From the NCBI GenBank assembly GCA_016906335.1, contig JADEYG010000012.1:806001-870000 (forward strand): a stretch of 64,000 nucleotides of DNA, read 5' to 3'. Of the stretch, positions 10,900 to 23,389 are shown one piece after another. The translations under genes were made by a program, and so were the position numbers. How positions within the stretch are numbered: the stretch's first letter is position 1; the number at the start of each line of letters is the position of its first letter. The notes below the pieces were generated by a model. The model worked only from the letters and a program-made list of their open reading frames with translations, made no database searches and was not told the origin of the DNA. Origin of the DNA: Novakomyces olei. Lineage: Eukaryota.

Positions 10900-12285
10900 T
10901 TACTGCCCAGGTTTTTTGAAGCGCTTCATTTGCTTCTGCAGTGTGTGATCAACAGACTTGGGCGCGTGGCCTGCACTTTGCTTTTTAGCCCTCATTTCGG
11001 CTTCTACCCGCCTCTGGTTTTCTTTCGCCTGAAGAGCAGCCGACTCTTTTACGTTCTGCACAAAGTCCTTGACGGAGGCCATCAATCCCGGTCGTGGCTC
11101 CTTAATGCCGACAGCGTCGGCTACAGGAGCAGGCATGGGTGGAAGCTTCAACCGCGCGCGGAACTTTCCGTTCCGTAGCAGAATACCTTGGACCATGGCA
11201 AATAACTGGGTTGGAATCCAGTAACTGAACACAGCCTAAACAAGTCAGCAAGAAGGAAGATTAAAGACTGGAATTGTGAAGATGTAAACACGAATAGAGA
11301 TGAGATTAAAAAGGAAGGGGGGAAAAGGGGAAATAATTTACCGCTTGAAAGTTCATCGTGAGCAATGGCATAGCCCAAATGAGGCCTTGAAAGATACGCT
11401 TCAAATTCTGAGACATGGCTGAGTTTGAGGTACCTGAATCGCTTCCAAGCTTGAAATTGACTTGCACTAATGCCGCATTAATTAATGGAAGAATGAGGTA
11501 GTAAGGATCACGAGCAGTGAGATCAGTGATCCAGCCGAATCCACCAGAGGTGAGACCAGGAACGGGCAAATTACACATGCCCTGAATTCCGATATAGAAA
11601 GACATGAAAATAACACCAGAGACCGCGGGAAATTTGATCATTGAGAACGGACTAACGTTATTGCTGGTAAACAATTTACGCATAGAGTTTACTGATTCCT
11701 GTGCCTTTTGTGTGTCGCCCTCCTTTTTAGCATCTTTCATTGCCTGCTGCAGTTCCTTTAGACGCGGTCCTATCTTTGCCATTACTGCTCCCTTTTTCGC
11801 TTGGTCAATTACAAGAGGCACCAGGGCCAAACGCATGGATATCGCAGTCACTCCGATAGTTAACCACCACGGAAGCCCGGTAATAACATGGACGCCCTCC
11901 AACAGAGCCTGGCAAAACCCCGCAGGTGACCAATTGCAAAGTCCCATCGAAGCTAAATCGCCTAGTTGATGCTGCGCAACCGTCAAATTTTCCGACAAGC
12001 TTGCTCCATGCTCGGAAAAGGATTCCGGAATATTGGCCAAGTCCGGCGTTGGACCCGGATGAGGAATTACTGTGTCCAGGTTCTTGTGTGGAGCCGCTGC
12101 AGCTGTTGTAGAATTAAGTCGTCGGCCACAAACTGCAGTTACTGCGTGCGGCCGACTATTGTTCAACAGACTTGAATTTGCGCGAGAAGCGTTCCGTATT
12201 GCTCCATGTGCAATAGACCTTTGTGCTGGGTTAGTTGATTGCAAAATTACAGCCAGTCTTACCGTACGCCCACGGCCAAATTCAT
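10900..12285 (-). CDS. oxa1: Mitochondrial inner-membrane insertase Oxa1/YidC (3 exons)
   Basis: ATG at 12285 followed by a short intron. Motifs GLPWWLTI, RLALVPL, GGFGWITDLTARDPYYLILP and AVFSYWI, with a basic C-terminal tail. Confidence 0.92.
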
Positions 12286-12567
12286 TTTGGACAGTGTTGG
12301 ATATATTTTTTTATCCTGCCTATATTGGAGAAGCGTAAAACTAGAAATCTAATTATTATGAACAGCCGAAAAGATATTGAATATTATAAAATATAAAATA
12401 TAAATATTAAAATAATAATAAAATAGATGTTAATAGATAACGAAATATATATGAAACACATAATATATGGACCCCGTCTGCCGTTTTGCTTGCTATCTCC
12501 AATCAAGCCCATCCTGCAATATGATGAACGAGACCTTGGCTCTGCCATGTAATGCGAATCGGAAGCA

Positions 12568-14176
12568 ATGAAACAGTACATGAAATTTCTGGCATATATC
12601 GCTATTGTGCTCACAGTTTATGTGTACGCTTTTCCCGTATTTCATGGCTGTGTGCCTGTGCACCAATTACTCGGCCTCACCGTGCCTTGGCCTCAGTTGC
12701 GTCTAGCGCTTATGGCAGATCCTCAAGTCGAGGGTGATTTCAAGCAGAGCCAAGGGTTACGATGTACGGAAAAATCGTTTATTTTCTAGTTCTTTACTGT
12801 ATTCATCGGCCGTTTATTACCTGTAGCATTTTAAATTTTTTTTTCCCTAATTTATTTATTTTAATCGCTGCTATCAAAACAGGATCTAGGTTCCCGATTA
12901 CGATAGCCTTTCTCCTAGCAATTTTGCTGTAGCTGCTTCATTACTGTACTCGCTAGCTGTCTATCATATTGTATTTAACGCACTAACAACAGCACGCTTG
13001 GATGTGTGGGGTAACGATAGGTACTTGGCTCATTTACGGCGCACCATCACTTTATTCTCGGGCCCATTCGACTATTATTGTGTACTTGGCGATCTGTTGT
13101 CTAGTCAGTGGGTTACGGATGACGAATTTGGTCGGCGCGCAGATCGTATGCAGCACATTGTGCTTGATAGAGTATACAAAACTTTTGGATAATTACGATA
13201 TTAATGGCCAGAAAACTCCAGGACTGATAGTTCCCGGAAATCATGATATTGGCTATGCAGTAAGTCGCTTGAAAGCTTAGACACTAAAATTCAAAGGGCG
13301 ATGTTACACGGCCACGACTAGACCGTTGGGAACGAACATTTGGGCCTGCAAACAGGCAATTTCTAATCAATCTTGACACTGCAAAGATTCGTGTGGTTTT
13401 GCTTAATTCCATGGTGCTGGATACGCCTTCGGTGGACGAGGTAAGAACCGAATTCAACATTTTATGTCTTATACACTGCCGCGTTTGGAGCGCGCAAGGG
13501 AATAGTACACTTGTACATTCATTTGTTCAAGGTTTATATTTTTTGTATTACACTTTAGCTTTTGTTCGATTTATTCGTCTTCTAATCAAAAGGCAATTCG
13601 CAATGAAACATTGGCTTTCATTGAATCTTTGAGAGCGCAAAAAGATCCCGTTGTTCTCCTCTCTCACATCCCATTGTACAAGGAGGCCGGATTATGTGTG
13701 GACAGTCCTCTTTTCGAGTACTACAAAGATGGGCGGTTGAGGGTGCAAAACCTACTCTCCCCCTCTGCTTCGAGTCTGCTACTCAGCGTCCTCCCACCAG
13801 GCTCAATGATCTTCAATGGCCACGATCATGAAGGATGCTCGACAGCTCACTATCCTTTGGGTTCCGCGACGACACTTGCTTCGGCTTCTGGCGACTACAT
13901 CCCAGAGTTCACTCTGAGAAGTATGATGGGCCAGTATGGGGGTTATACGCATACGGTTTCTCTCCACACTGCCGCTGATGGTAAGCTTGCTGTACCCTCG
14001 TATATCATTGACCGATAGGCCGGGTACGCTACCAACTTGTTTCATGCCGAGGTATTGGAAACACGCTTTGGTGGGGTGTTCACGTGTATGATATTTTACT
14101 ACTTGGAATAGGAGTGGGAAGGGTTGCTTTGCGGCTGTCCAGATGGTACGCGCAAACAAAGGATCACCGTGATTAG
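12568..14176 (+). CDS. ted1: ER metallophosphoesterase Ted1 (GPI remodelling), multi-exon
   Basis: N-terminal TM segment. Motifs ADPQVEGD, GNDRYL, LGDLLSSQWVTDDEF, GNHDIGY, HIPLYK, NGHDHEGC, RSMMGQYGG and C-terminal WWGVH plus TM. Stop TAG at 14174-14176. Confidence 0.88.
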
Positions 14177-14399
14177 CTATACCAAAGACGGTTATGAATT
14201 GCACAAATTATACTGTACTAGTATTGTGAACAAATATCGACGAATGTTTTAAATAACATCACAAAATGCTGCAGTAGGCGATTGCCTACTAAAAATGTAG
14301 CCAACAGTTATTGCCGTGGTGTTTTGGCACTGCTGTGCTCCAAATCGTATTGGATTCGTGTATTATATACAACTGCTAAGCTGTCCCTTATAACCTTTT

Positions 14400-14440
14400 A
14401 TAAATAATAAATAATAAATAATAAATAATAAATAAATAAT
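14400..14440. repeat. (AATAAAT)n simple repeat
   Basis: Visible 7-nt tandem run. A similar degenerate run occurs at about 20338-20428. Confidence 0.85.
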
Positions 14441-14519
14441 GTTGGTGCTACCAATAGTACCTAGCGCAGAGCTACGAGCGCCTCACTATCCTCGCCGTAC
14501 GGAGCGCTCATGATGCGCA

Positions 14520-15797
14520 ATGACGAGCCCGAGTTTTCTGCCCGTTCCGACGGCACTGGTCGCGCTGCGTCGTGTGCTTTTAGACATTGAGCGCACGGAT
14601 CAAGAGTATAAAAATGGACTCGTTAAAGAGCGTCATAGACGCTATGAGCGCGAGATGAAGAGCTTGAAGCACGAGCAGAGTCTGCTTGAGCAGCGTCTGT
14701 TAGAGACGAGCGCCCAGAATCTATGCGACTTTGATTCTGGTCTGTTTGTACAGGCGCTCGTCTATTTGTATAATACTTGCAGTGAGGCCTCGTCGCTAAT
14801 TGCCTTTCTAAAATCCTGTCTGCCCTTTTCTCTTGTCTCTGCTTTTCGCGCTGGTCGCGGAGCGTCTTCAGTGCGAATGCTCACCGACTCTATCGCACTT
14901 CTCCACCACAGCAACGAGAATCTTTGCTCCGCTTTACGCGCAGTGCTACAGAGCTCTCAAGTTCAACGGCTCGAGGACAACGAGCCTTTACCTGCAAAAG
15001 ACCATACAGACTCTGGTCGTGCAGGGCAGAGCAAAGACGATCTCGTTCTTTGGCTTGTGACACGTGTCTCTGTAGACCAGGAGGCCTTGTGGGACGCTTC
15101 TTACGCCGTCAAGCCTCCACGGCCGGGCGAGCTTATGGAATTAGAGCCGGAGGCGGTTAACGATCACGGGGCCCGTGATCGTTTATCAGGCGATCGTTCG
15201 CCAGCCACTAATGCAAAAGGCACAGTGCCGAGTTTGTCTGGGAAAAGGAGTGCCATACGATTACAAAACACCGCGGCACCAAGCTTGTCTGATCTTGATC
15301 GCTTTGAGCGCAATTTGGTTGGTAAGGAGGGGCATAATGGGCAAAGTACGGACGGAGTTGGGCAGAGGAGGACGAGTAACAGATTGGTACCCGGTCAACT
15401 TGAAGTGCAATCGTCCCTTGCTGATCAGGATCGTGTAGAGCCGCCCCAGCACAACGGGTCTCAAGATTTCGAGGCTAGTAACAATGGAGATTTAGAAGAC
15501 CGGGTCAATGCTCTTATCGAGCAGGCGCAAGCTGATCTGGATTCTGGCGAATACACAGAACGGAGTGGCCCATTATTACACTTCCAGTCTTCAGCATCGT
15601 CTTTGTCCGGCGACTCGTTGGATCAGCATCGAGACTCGGATGCTGCCAGTAGCAGTGCTTACGGGTATCAGGGCTCCTCAAAGCCCACCTCAGTTTCTTC
15701 GAGCCGAATTTACAGGAATCCAATGGAGCGAATGCTGGGGACGAAGAGCCGATCTACAATCGCGGCATCTACACCCCGTCATGATAGCCTTGATTAG
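14520..15797 (+). CDS. Hypothetical 425-aa protein with N-terminal coiled coil and disordered Ser-rich C-terminus
   Basis: Long intronless ATG ORF filling an intergenic-sized gap. Heptad-rich segment ERHRRYEREMKSLKHEQSLLEQRL. Family not recognised. Confidence 0.7.
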   Translation: MTSPSFLPVPTALVALRRVLLDIERTDQEYKNGLVKERHRRYEREMKSLKHEQSLLEQRLLETSAQNLCDFDSGLFVQALVYLYNTCSEASSLIAFLKSCLPFSLVSAFRAGRGASSVRMLTDSIALLHHSNENLCSALRAVLQSSQVQRLEDNEPLPAKDHTDSGRAGQSKDDLVLWLVTRVSVDQEALWDASYAVKPPRPGELMELEPEAVNDHGARDRLSGDRSPATNAKGTVPSLSGKRSAIRLQNTAAPSLSDLDRFERNLVGKEGHNGQSTDGVGQRRTSNRLVPGQLEVQSSLADQDRVEPPQHNGSQDFEASNNGDLEDRVNALIEQAQADLDSGEYTERSGPLLHFQSSASSLSGDSLDQHRDSDAASSSAYGYQGSSKPTSVSSSRIYRNPMERMLGTKSRSTIAASTPRHDSLD

Positions 15798-16077
15798 GGT
15801 TACAGTCGAGAGTGGATGGCAATTTTTGTGAATATGGTGTATCTAATAGATTGTGCAGTTTGTACCTGTAATGGTCAACATAAAGTTTTGGTGGCGACCT
15901 GTATCGAGCGGGAATTTGACGGATTACAACATCGATACTACAAACAACACCCATTCTTCATGTGGTTATTGCAGCGTCATGATGAAATAACTAATAAAAT
16001 AAACATTGTCTGCAGCAGATAATGGCGCTAGAATTAAAAAAGTTTCCTTTTCAAGATTTATACACTTTGGATAAAGG

Positions 16078-19000
16078 CTATTTGATCAACGACTCTAGAT
16101 GCTCTCGTGAGTCTTCATCCAAGTAGGCAAGTTGTGACCGCTGTTGAAGATTTTGATAAGCACTTGAAATACACCGCTTAATGCTCAAAGTGTGTACAGG
16201 GCTACTGGCCAGATAAGCTTCCCGTCGAGCCGAATCGAGAGATTCTGTATAGTAATCTTCGCCGGAAAAGTTATCGTGTTTCCAGTATATGCTCGAACTA
16301 GAAAGGCTTAGCAACAAATCATAATTTAGAAAATTAAAGTCTACATACTCTCCTTGACAATCTTCATTGACATCATTTACTAGTATCGACCATAATTTGA
16401 TTATGTTTGGTAAATGGAAAAGTACCCGTGAATCTCCCGTAGAGACCAGTGAAGCTAATGCAAGTGCGTGAAGCTTTCGATTGTGAAATTCGCCAATATT
16501 TTCAAACTTTTGGTATTGTTAGATGGTTTCAATTTGTCAAAAAAAATAATAGATAATAAATGAACAAGTATACCCGCAGAATCCAAGCCCGTATTATGGC
16601 ATCTACCAGCGCGTCCGGAGTTTCGGTAAGACTTTCAATGATTTTCAGTAGTGAACCACCGTCCTTAATAGCAATCCATGACAGAACGTGCAAATACTGT
16701 ACGAGAACCGACGCACTCTCCTTGCAAGAATTAGAATAAAAAGTTTCATAAACTATATGTAAAATCATAAAACTAAATTCTTACATCTTCGTCCACGACC
16801 GCAGACACTAAATGCTTCACTATCTCAGATCCCTTCAAAGCCTCTATCAAATCAACGGTGGATATGCTCCATACAAACACCGATATCGCACGGCAAATGG
16901 GCTGTACAGCGTCCATCTTAATATTTCCGATAAATCCAGAAAATGCACTGGTAATCGGCTGAGCAAATCTCGAGCCCAATTCAGAGGGACACAAGTACGT
17001 GTAGCATTCAATTATTTCAACAAATTTTTGAGCAGACTCTGTGCCGCAATTCAAGCTCGAAATAGCAATGGCGACAAGATCAAGTAACTCTGCTGTCGCA
17101 GAACTTGCGTTTTTGAGCAAAGCAATCCAAAGTTCAATTGCGTCTTCTGCGAGATAGACGTGCCCGTCTTGATACGGATCGAGCGAGTAAGAGATCAGCG
17201 GTAAAATTAGACCTAACAGCTGGACAGACTGGTGCCTCATAGACTTGATGTTTGTTAGCCTGTACCGAAAATAATTAGGCAGAATATGAATATAGAAACG
17301 AGAGAATGTTTCGAGTGCCAACCTTGGCAGCCCATGTATCTGGAATATAATAAAAAGGAAAAACAAAGCAAAGTGCCAGCTCTGTTGAGGAGAAAAAGCA
17401 GACCAAAATCATACCTCAACCGTCTTTGTGAGAGTAGACAGTATCGACATTTTAAGCAAATGCTGGTCCCCGCATTGCTGCCAAAGCGAGGGTAAAAGTT
17501 GCGCAATTGTTGGGCAATGCGGTGCCATCTTCGTATCCATACGCTCAATTATAATTCTGACGACACTGAGTATTTTGACTTTGGTATCGATTTCGCTGCA
17601 CTCCTCAATTATGCTAATAAGTCGTACGACTATTTCATCCATAAAGGGCTCAAAGTCGTGCGCTTCAAACTGCCACTCGTCCACAACTGGCTGAAGCATT
17701 TCTGCAGCAGTTAAGCGAACAACAAAATCTGTATACTCGGCTGGTTTCAGGTTACGTAGGAACAGCTCGTATACCATTGGGCGAATACCCGTGGAACATT
17801 TTACGCCAATCCATTCGGAGACAAGAATAATCAGCCGCCGACGTAAGATATTCGCACTAGAGCGAACTATGTAAGCATTGATGAGCCAAACAACAAAATT
17901 ATCTCAAAAAATTTGGAAAAAGAACAAAAAGGGTAAAGAGAACAAAACACATCATACAAGGGGATTTCGAGGGTTGACAGAGGGATAATTCTTTCCGTCA
18001 TCACTCTATCAAAATCGACCATTTCATACAAGCTGTGAGCAGCCAGACCGAGTGCCGTATAGTAAGAGTCTGTTGTAAGAATAGATTGCCTGTCCATCGG
18101 GTCTGTCGTGATTAGTTGCCAAAATTGTTTAAAATTAAAATACTAGGCACTTGAAAAATAATGAAATGACGAGTATAAACCGAAATTCGACTTGATACGA
18201 ATTCCAAATAATAAAAGGCGCTTCTTCTGGAGGGGAATTAACGTACCTCCTAAAGACTGTATCAAGTTGATCAAGGGCAAAGATAGCGAATTTTTGAATT
18301 GCTGTACGAGATCAATAAATAATTTTTGGGCGCACGGCTACACACGTTAACACTGAAACCGACATGGTCCAAAAAAGCTATAAACGAAGGCATACTCGTA
18401 ATTCGAATTCCCATTGGTCCTGCTGCTCCTCTGCCACGAAGGCCTCCGGCTCCTCTGCCCACTGTTCCAATTGGCGCGGCTGAAGAGGAAATAATTTCGC
18501 TACAAGTTCAGATGCAATCATTTCCACTCTATCGCGAGTAAACAGAGTGCTCTCAAACAGCTCTGTGGCCCTTTTTCGCTCTTCCACGTCAAGCTCTGAC
18601 GGCTCTGAAAACTGTCAATATTACAAAGAATAATTTTGACATACTGTTGAGAACGACAACATTATCGTTTGGTAATACGCGTATAGCAGAACGCAATATT
18701 CGTAAGGCTTGTAAGGCTATTTTTACCCACAACTGGTAATAATCATCGTCCTCTTGTACTGAATCCTGAGGAGCATTATCCACCACCAAAAGAGCCCATG
18801 ACCAGTATAATAGAACACTATCAGACGCGCCTGGCATGAGTGCAAAGTTTCCTGGAGCCGAATCAGACAATCGCAGAAAGAACTTGCCGTATAAAAGGGT
18901 AAACTTGATCAGTAATTCTCTGCTCTCTTCTGTCCTTAAACTCCCATCTAAAACAAGTAAGCTCCGAATATACATATACTTAAGAGGAGACTAAACAATA

Positions 19001-20196
19001 AACAGAAACAGTCTTGGAAAAAGAATAAGAAGGGGTAAAATTACAATTTTCAAGCACAATCTTGCAATGAGTGGCCAGAGTTGTAAAAACCGCCCTAGAC
19101 TCGGTGCTGCGATGAAAATGTTCAAATCCCTGTACGCACAGGTGGACAAGTATCTTCATCAACAGTCGTGTCAAAGCAAGAAACTGGATAGCGCCTGAGC
19201 CACCAGCTGCCCGTTCCATATAGCCCGTGAAAAATGTGGTATATACATGAGTAAAAAACTCTGTCAAACGAGGAGCAGCATTGTACAAATGCTGGCGGGA
19301 AGACCGTAATTTGCTAGATGCTAGTGCTTTTATTGTCTGTAGTGTAATGCGCAAGTAAGCGTTCAGCGCAGGCCAGAGAGACTCGTCAGGAGCAGCCACC
19401 ATAATTCGGCTCATTAAAACATCAAAAATATTTGGCCAATCATTAGGAAAGTCTATACGGGCCATTCTTGAAATCATGACGGCCGCTTGAGGGACCAAGA
19501 TGGAGGGAAAATCCACGTCAATATTAAGAATATGTTCACGGATATGCTGTTTCTCCTGCGGCGTTATAGCGCTAGCAAATATTAGTTACACCCTGCATTA
19601 TTTACGTCGTCTTTGTTCTTTTGTTTTCATTTATATACTTTTTGGGGAGCTTGCGCCAGTATTTGTCAACACCGTTTTTCATATATATGACGGCGCCCAG
19701 CCGAAGTGGAAGCGTGGCATTTGCGTCCATGTATATTTCCTTTATAATTAGAACAAATTGCAAAGACGATCCGCACGACACGTGAAAGCATTCAAGACGT
19801 CGTGACCATAAAAAAGTAAGAGACAAAAAGACGCATAAATTAAATTCTAAAGTTGCTCTCGTTGTTTTAATTTATTTTTCATGTGCAATGCTTCTGACGA
19901 AATTGAAGACAGCCTTTGACAAGTTTCCTGATGGCAGACACCAAATTAGAGCAGGAGACAAAGAAGAAAGGCCTGGAAGTGTTTGACAAAATTATCTCTG
20001 ATCTATTTAATTGGCACACGATGTGCCTTTGGCAAGGGATATCCGTAGCCAAGTGTTGACCTACCAGCAAATGCGAATAAAAGCCAGGCTTTGTCTCCCA
20101 TGAGCGCAACCGCGATTCACCCGTCCGAACCCCGACGGCATCTTGCTGTGTGGCCAGCTCCAGCGCAGCACGTACTGCGGCCGGCGAAAACTCCAT
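16078..20196 (-). CDS. kap113: Importin-beta family karyopherin, importin-11/Kap120-like (many exons)
   Basis: Motifs WETKPGFYSHL, RLGAVIYMKNGVDKYWRK, ARIDFPNDWP, LEQWAEEPE, YYTALGLAA, LRRRLIILVSEW and YLAEDAIELW in successive exons. Confidence 0.88.
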
Positions 20197-20470
20197 ATTA
20201 AACTTTAAATTAAAAGCATTGCAGCACGCGCTTGTAAATTACAAGGGCACGCAGCATGAAGGAGTCAAGTGCCAGAAAGACAGTAAATTATATCTGTGAC
20301 AAAATATTATAAAAAATCAATGATATCAAAAAGAAAGATAATAAATAATAAATAATAAATGGATAATAAATAATAAATGAATAATAAATAATAAATGAAT
20401 AATAAATAATAAATGAATAATAAATAATTTCATTTAGTGTGGGCGCATTTAATACGTCTCCAACGCGGGG

Positions 20471-21628
20471 ATGGTCCTGCAGGCGCTTTCTCGATTATGG
20501 GCGGACGGTGATGGAGCAATAGTGCCTATACGCACAGGCCAATTAGACGCAAGTCTGCTCGATCACGAACTTGAACAAGTATTTTCAGCGGCTTTGTTAC
20601 GCGCGGTAAGAGGAAATGGCACAGTTCGAGCCGAGCGACAGCAACGCATCGAATGGGGTTTAAGGCATTTTTTACGAGCGGCGGTGTGGAAGCTTAGTGT
20701 ATGGGACAAAGGATCAACCCATGGCTCAATGCTACAAAATTTAAAATATGCACAATCGAGTGGAGGCAGTTTGAATTCTCCTTCACGGCGGGCAAAAGCA
20801 CTGCACGGCCTACTCGTGCTTGGATTGCCGCTTGTGCACGAGCAGGTTGGTGATTATATTCAGCGGGACAATTGGGTGCAGCATGAAAGTGTAAGCAAGG
20901 CAGATACTTTGGATTGTATCCTGAGCTGACTATTGAAAACAATACAGACCTGGAAACGGAGGGCTGCAAAGCTACTTTTGCGAGGAGAAGCATTGCTATC
21001 AGTCTTGACTTTTATTAACCTTGTTGCTTTTCTCCGGACAGGAAAGTACCGGTCGCTGGTTGATAGGATTCTTCGTCTCCGGTTAGTGCCAGCATCTCGG
21101 TCACTGTACCGTGATATCAATTTCGAGTTTCAAGACCGCCAGCTCATATGGTCTGCGTTTACAGAGTTTATTCTCTTTGTTTTGCCTCTATTGAAATTTA
21201 GACGCTTAATCCTTCAGGTACAGAGATGGCTGGCGACTAGAGCGCAAAAAGCTGCCATTCCTCCGCCATTTGCCCATTTGCGCAAAGCATTAGATGCTAT
21301 CTCTGTTAGTGAACTTGACCCGCTTGCCTATGCGCAATCACCGCATGCGGTTGATGCTTGTGTCATCACAAACCCCTACCAAGCGGACTGTGGGTGCGTG
21401 TACTCGTACACAAACATAATTGCAAAGCTAGTGGAAAATGAGGGCTACGGATGGGACTGTTTGCGATGTGGCCAAAACATAAAGTCGGCCCAGCGGTGGG
21501 TGCTGCTTACGGAAAAGGCAAAAATTGCAATTTCTAGTATGGGTGCTTCCATCGAGGACGAGAGCGGCGAATCTGATTCGGAATCTGTTTCGGAATCTGT
21601 TGCCAATTCGGAAAGTGATGTAAAATGA
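20471..21628 (+). CDS. pex2: Peroxisomal RING peroxin Pex2 (intron 20891-20947) with degenerate RING
   Basis: Motifs RTGQLDASLLDHEL, GSMLQNLKY, FLRTGKYRSLVDRILRLRL, FEFQDRQLIWSAFTEF and ITNPY..CGCVY...WDCLRCG. Confidence 0.92.
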
Positions 21629-21898
21629 AATCAAGAGTAAATATAAAGTGTATATATACATCATTTATTCCAATGAATCTTTGTGCATAAACGTATACCA
21701 TATAGAGTGCAGTCAAGGGCCACATACAAATCCATTTATTACTTTTCAGAGCAGCCTTCTTCAACGCGTGAATGGTCTGCTGAGGCTATTCCCAAATTGC
21801 CTACAAATTCAAAACGTGAGGAATCAATATTAATGCAGAATAAATTATCATGCGGCGACAACTTGAAGCTGCTATTTCATCGTTTAGTTTCGCGATAT

Positions 21899-22286
21899 TT
21901 ACTTTTGTGCTTGTAGAGCCTTGAGCTTTTGCTTGACAATCTTTTGCTCCTCTATAAGGAAAGCACGCATAATACGGTCCTTCACGCACTGTGCGCAGCG
22001 CGAGCCTCCATAAGATCGTTGAACAGTCTTTTTGGTCTTTGAGAGAGTTGCCAATTCACGCGGGCGGTGCGGCTTGATTCCAAAGAGAGATGATCCACAG
22101 TCACCTATATAAAGATTAATATTTGTAAAGTCTAGACATTTTGCTCGACATACCGCAGCGAGGAACCTTGCCGGTCTTCTTGATGTGCAGATACCGCAAA
22201 TTGTTGCCGGGGGTTTTAGTGACGCGGACCTTGTTGGACCGAGTGTTGTACGGCAGGGCACGACGGTAAGTCAATCGCGGAGCCAT
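21899..22286 (-). CDS. rpl34: 60S ribosomal protein L34 (2 exons)
   Basis: [20 protein letters not shown]...PRCG|DCG...[29 protein letters not shown]. Confidence 0.97.
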
Positions 22287-22355
22287 TTGTGCTCTTTACT
22301 TTAGTGTAGTGTGATATTACAATTGTTGTGTTTGTGTCTTGTGATGCTTGTCTAG

Positions 22356-22381
22356 AGTGACTGCTATATTTACCCTACCCT
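22356..22381 (-). promoter_or_regulatory. HomolE + HomolD ribosomal-protein promoter module
   Basis: Minus strand reads AGGGTAGGGT (22381-22372), 8 nt, then CAGTCACT (22363-22356), 70-95 nt upstream of the rpl34 ATG. This matches S. pombe HomolE (AGGGTAGGGT) and HomolD (CAGTCACA) in the same order. Confidence 0.85.
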
Positions 22382-22638
22382 AGACATCAGTTAGACATTA
22401 GATATCGGTAATGCGTAAACCAAAAATACTAGCTTAATCGTACTCTTAGCAAGTAACGCTAATTGATTGATATACATACTATATGGACAAGTAATGTAGT
22501 AAAGTTACACGACACGGTAATATATATGCACGACACGATAATATTGCACGTAATTATTCATAAAAATAATGCGATAATCCCACAGTATTTGTGTGCACAG
22601 TTCGCAGTAAGGGCAATATCGCAGTATTCAATCAATCC

Positions 22639-23060
22639 ATGGAGATTGATACTTCGGATAACCCCATTCGATCTGTTGAAGGATGGGTCGTTCTTGTTAC
22701 TGGTGTGCATCAAGAAGCTGGAGAAGAAGACATCAAGGACGTTTTTGAGGAATGGGGTCCTATCAAAGATATTCACTTGAATCTCGAACGGCGCACTGGC
22801 TATGTCAAGGTAGGATCGCATTATGAGATTTGTGCTAATGACAGGGATATGCGTTGCTAGAATATGCTTATTATGAGGAGGCGAAAGCGGCGGTAGAGAA
22901 TGGGAATGGCGCACGTTTACTTGGCCAGCCTTTGCGGGCGGATTTTGCTTTCATAAAGCCATTGGAACATGACCCTTCGCAGGACGGCGGCGCTGATGAT
23001 TTTGATCGTCATAGCCGCAGTGCTAGCCCAGAACGGATTCGTGAGGATGATTTACGGTAG
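22639..23060 (+). CDS. RBM8A: Exon junction complex RRM subunit Y14/RBM8A (35-nt intron 22810-22844)
   Basis: Motifs [37 protein letters not shown] and ADFAF. Confidence 0.93.
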
Positions 23061-23389
23061 AAGCATGGATCCATGCCACGAATTGCTGAAGGGCTTTGTA
23101 TATTGCCCGGGGGATATGATAAAAATACAGCAAAACTAGATAATATAGTTATAATAAGACCATATTTCTTAAACACATGCCCTCTACTATGGCAAAAATC
23201 AAGGAGGATTTTTGTGTCATAACGAGTCGACTCGTACTACAAGTGACCCTGTTATTAACCGATTAAAGTCGTGTCTTGTAGATAAAATTTTGGATTGCCA
23301 GTAGTAGCGTATAATCTTTTTGTTACTATGAGAAAACGTCTCCATATCAACAGCTTCAATTGATTGATACAAAGTCACTAGCAATGAGC

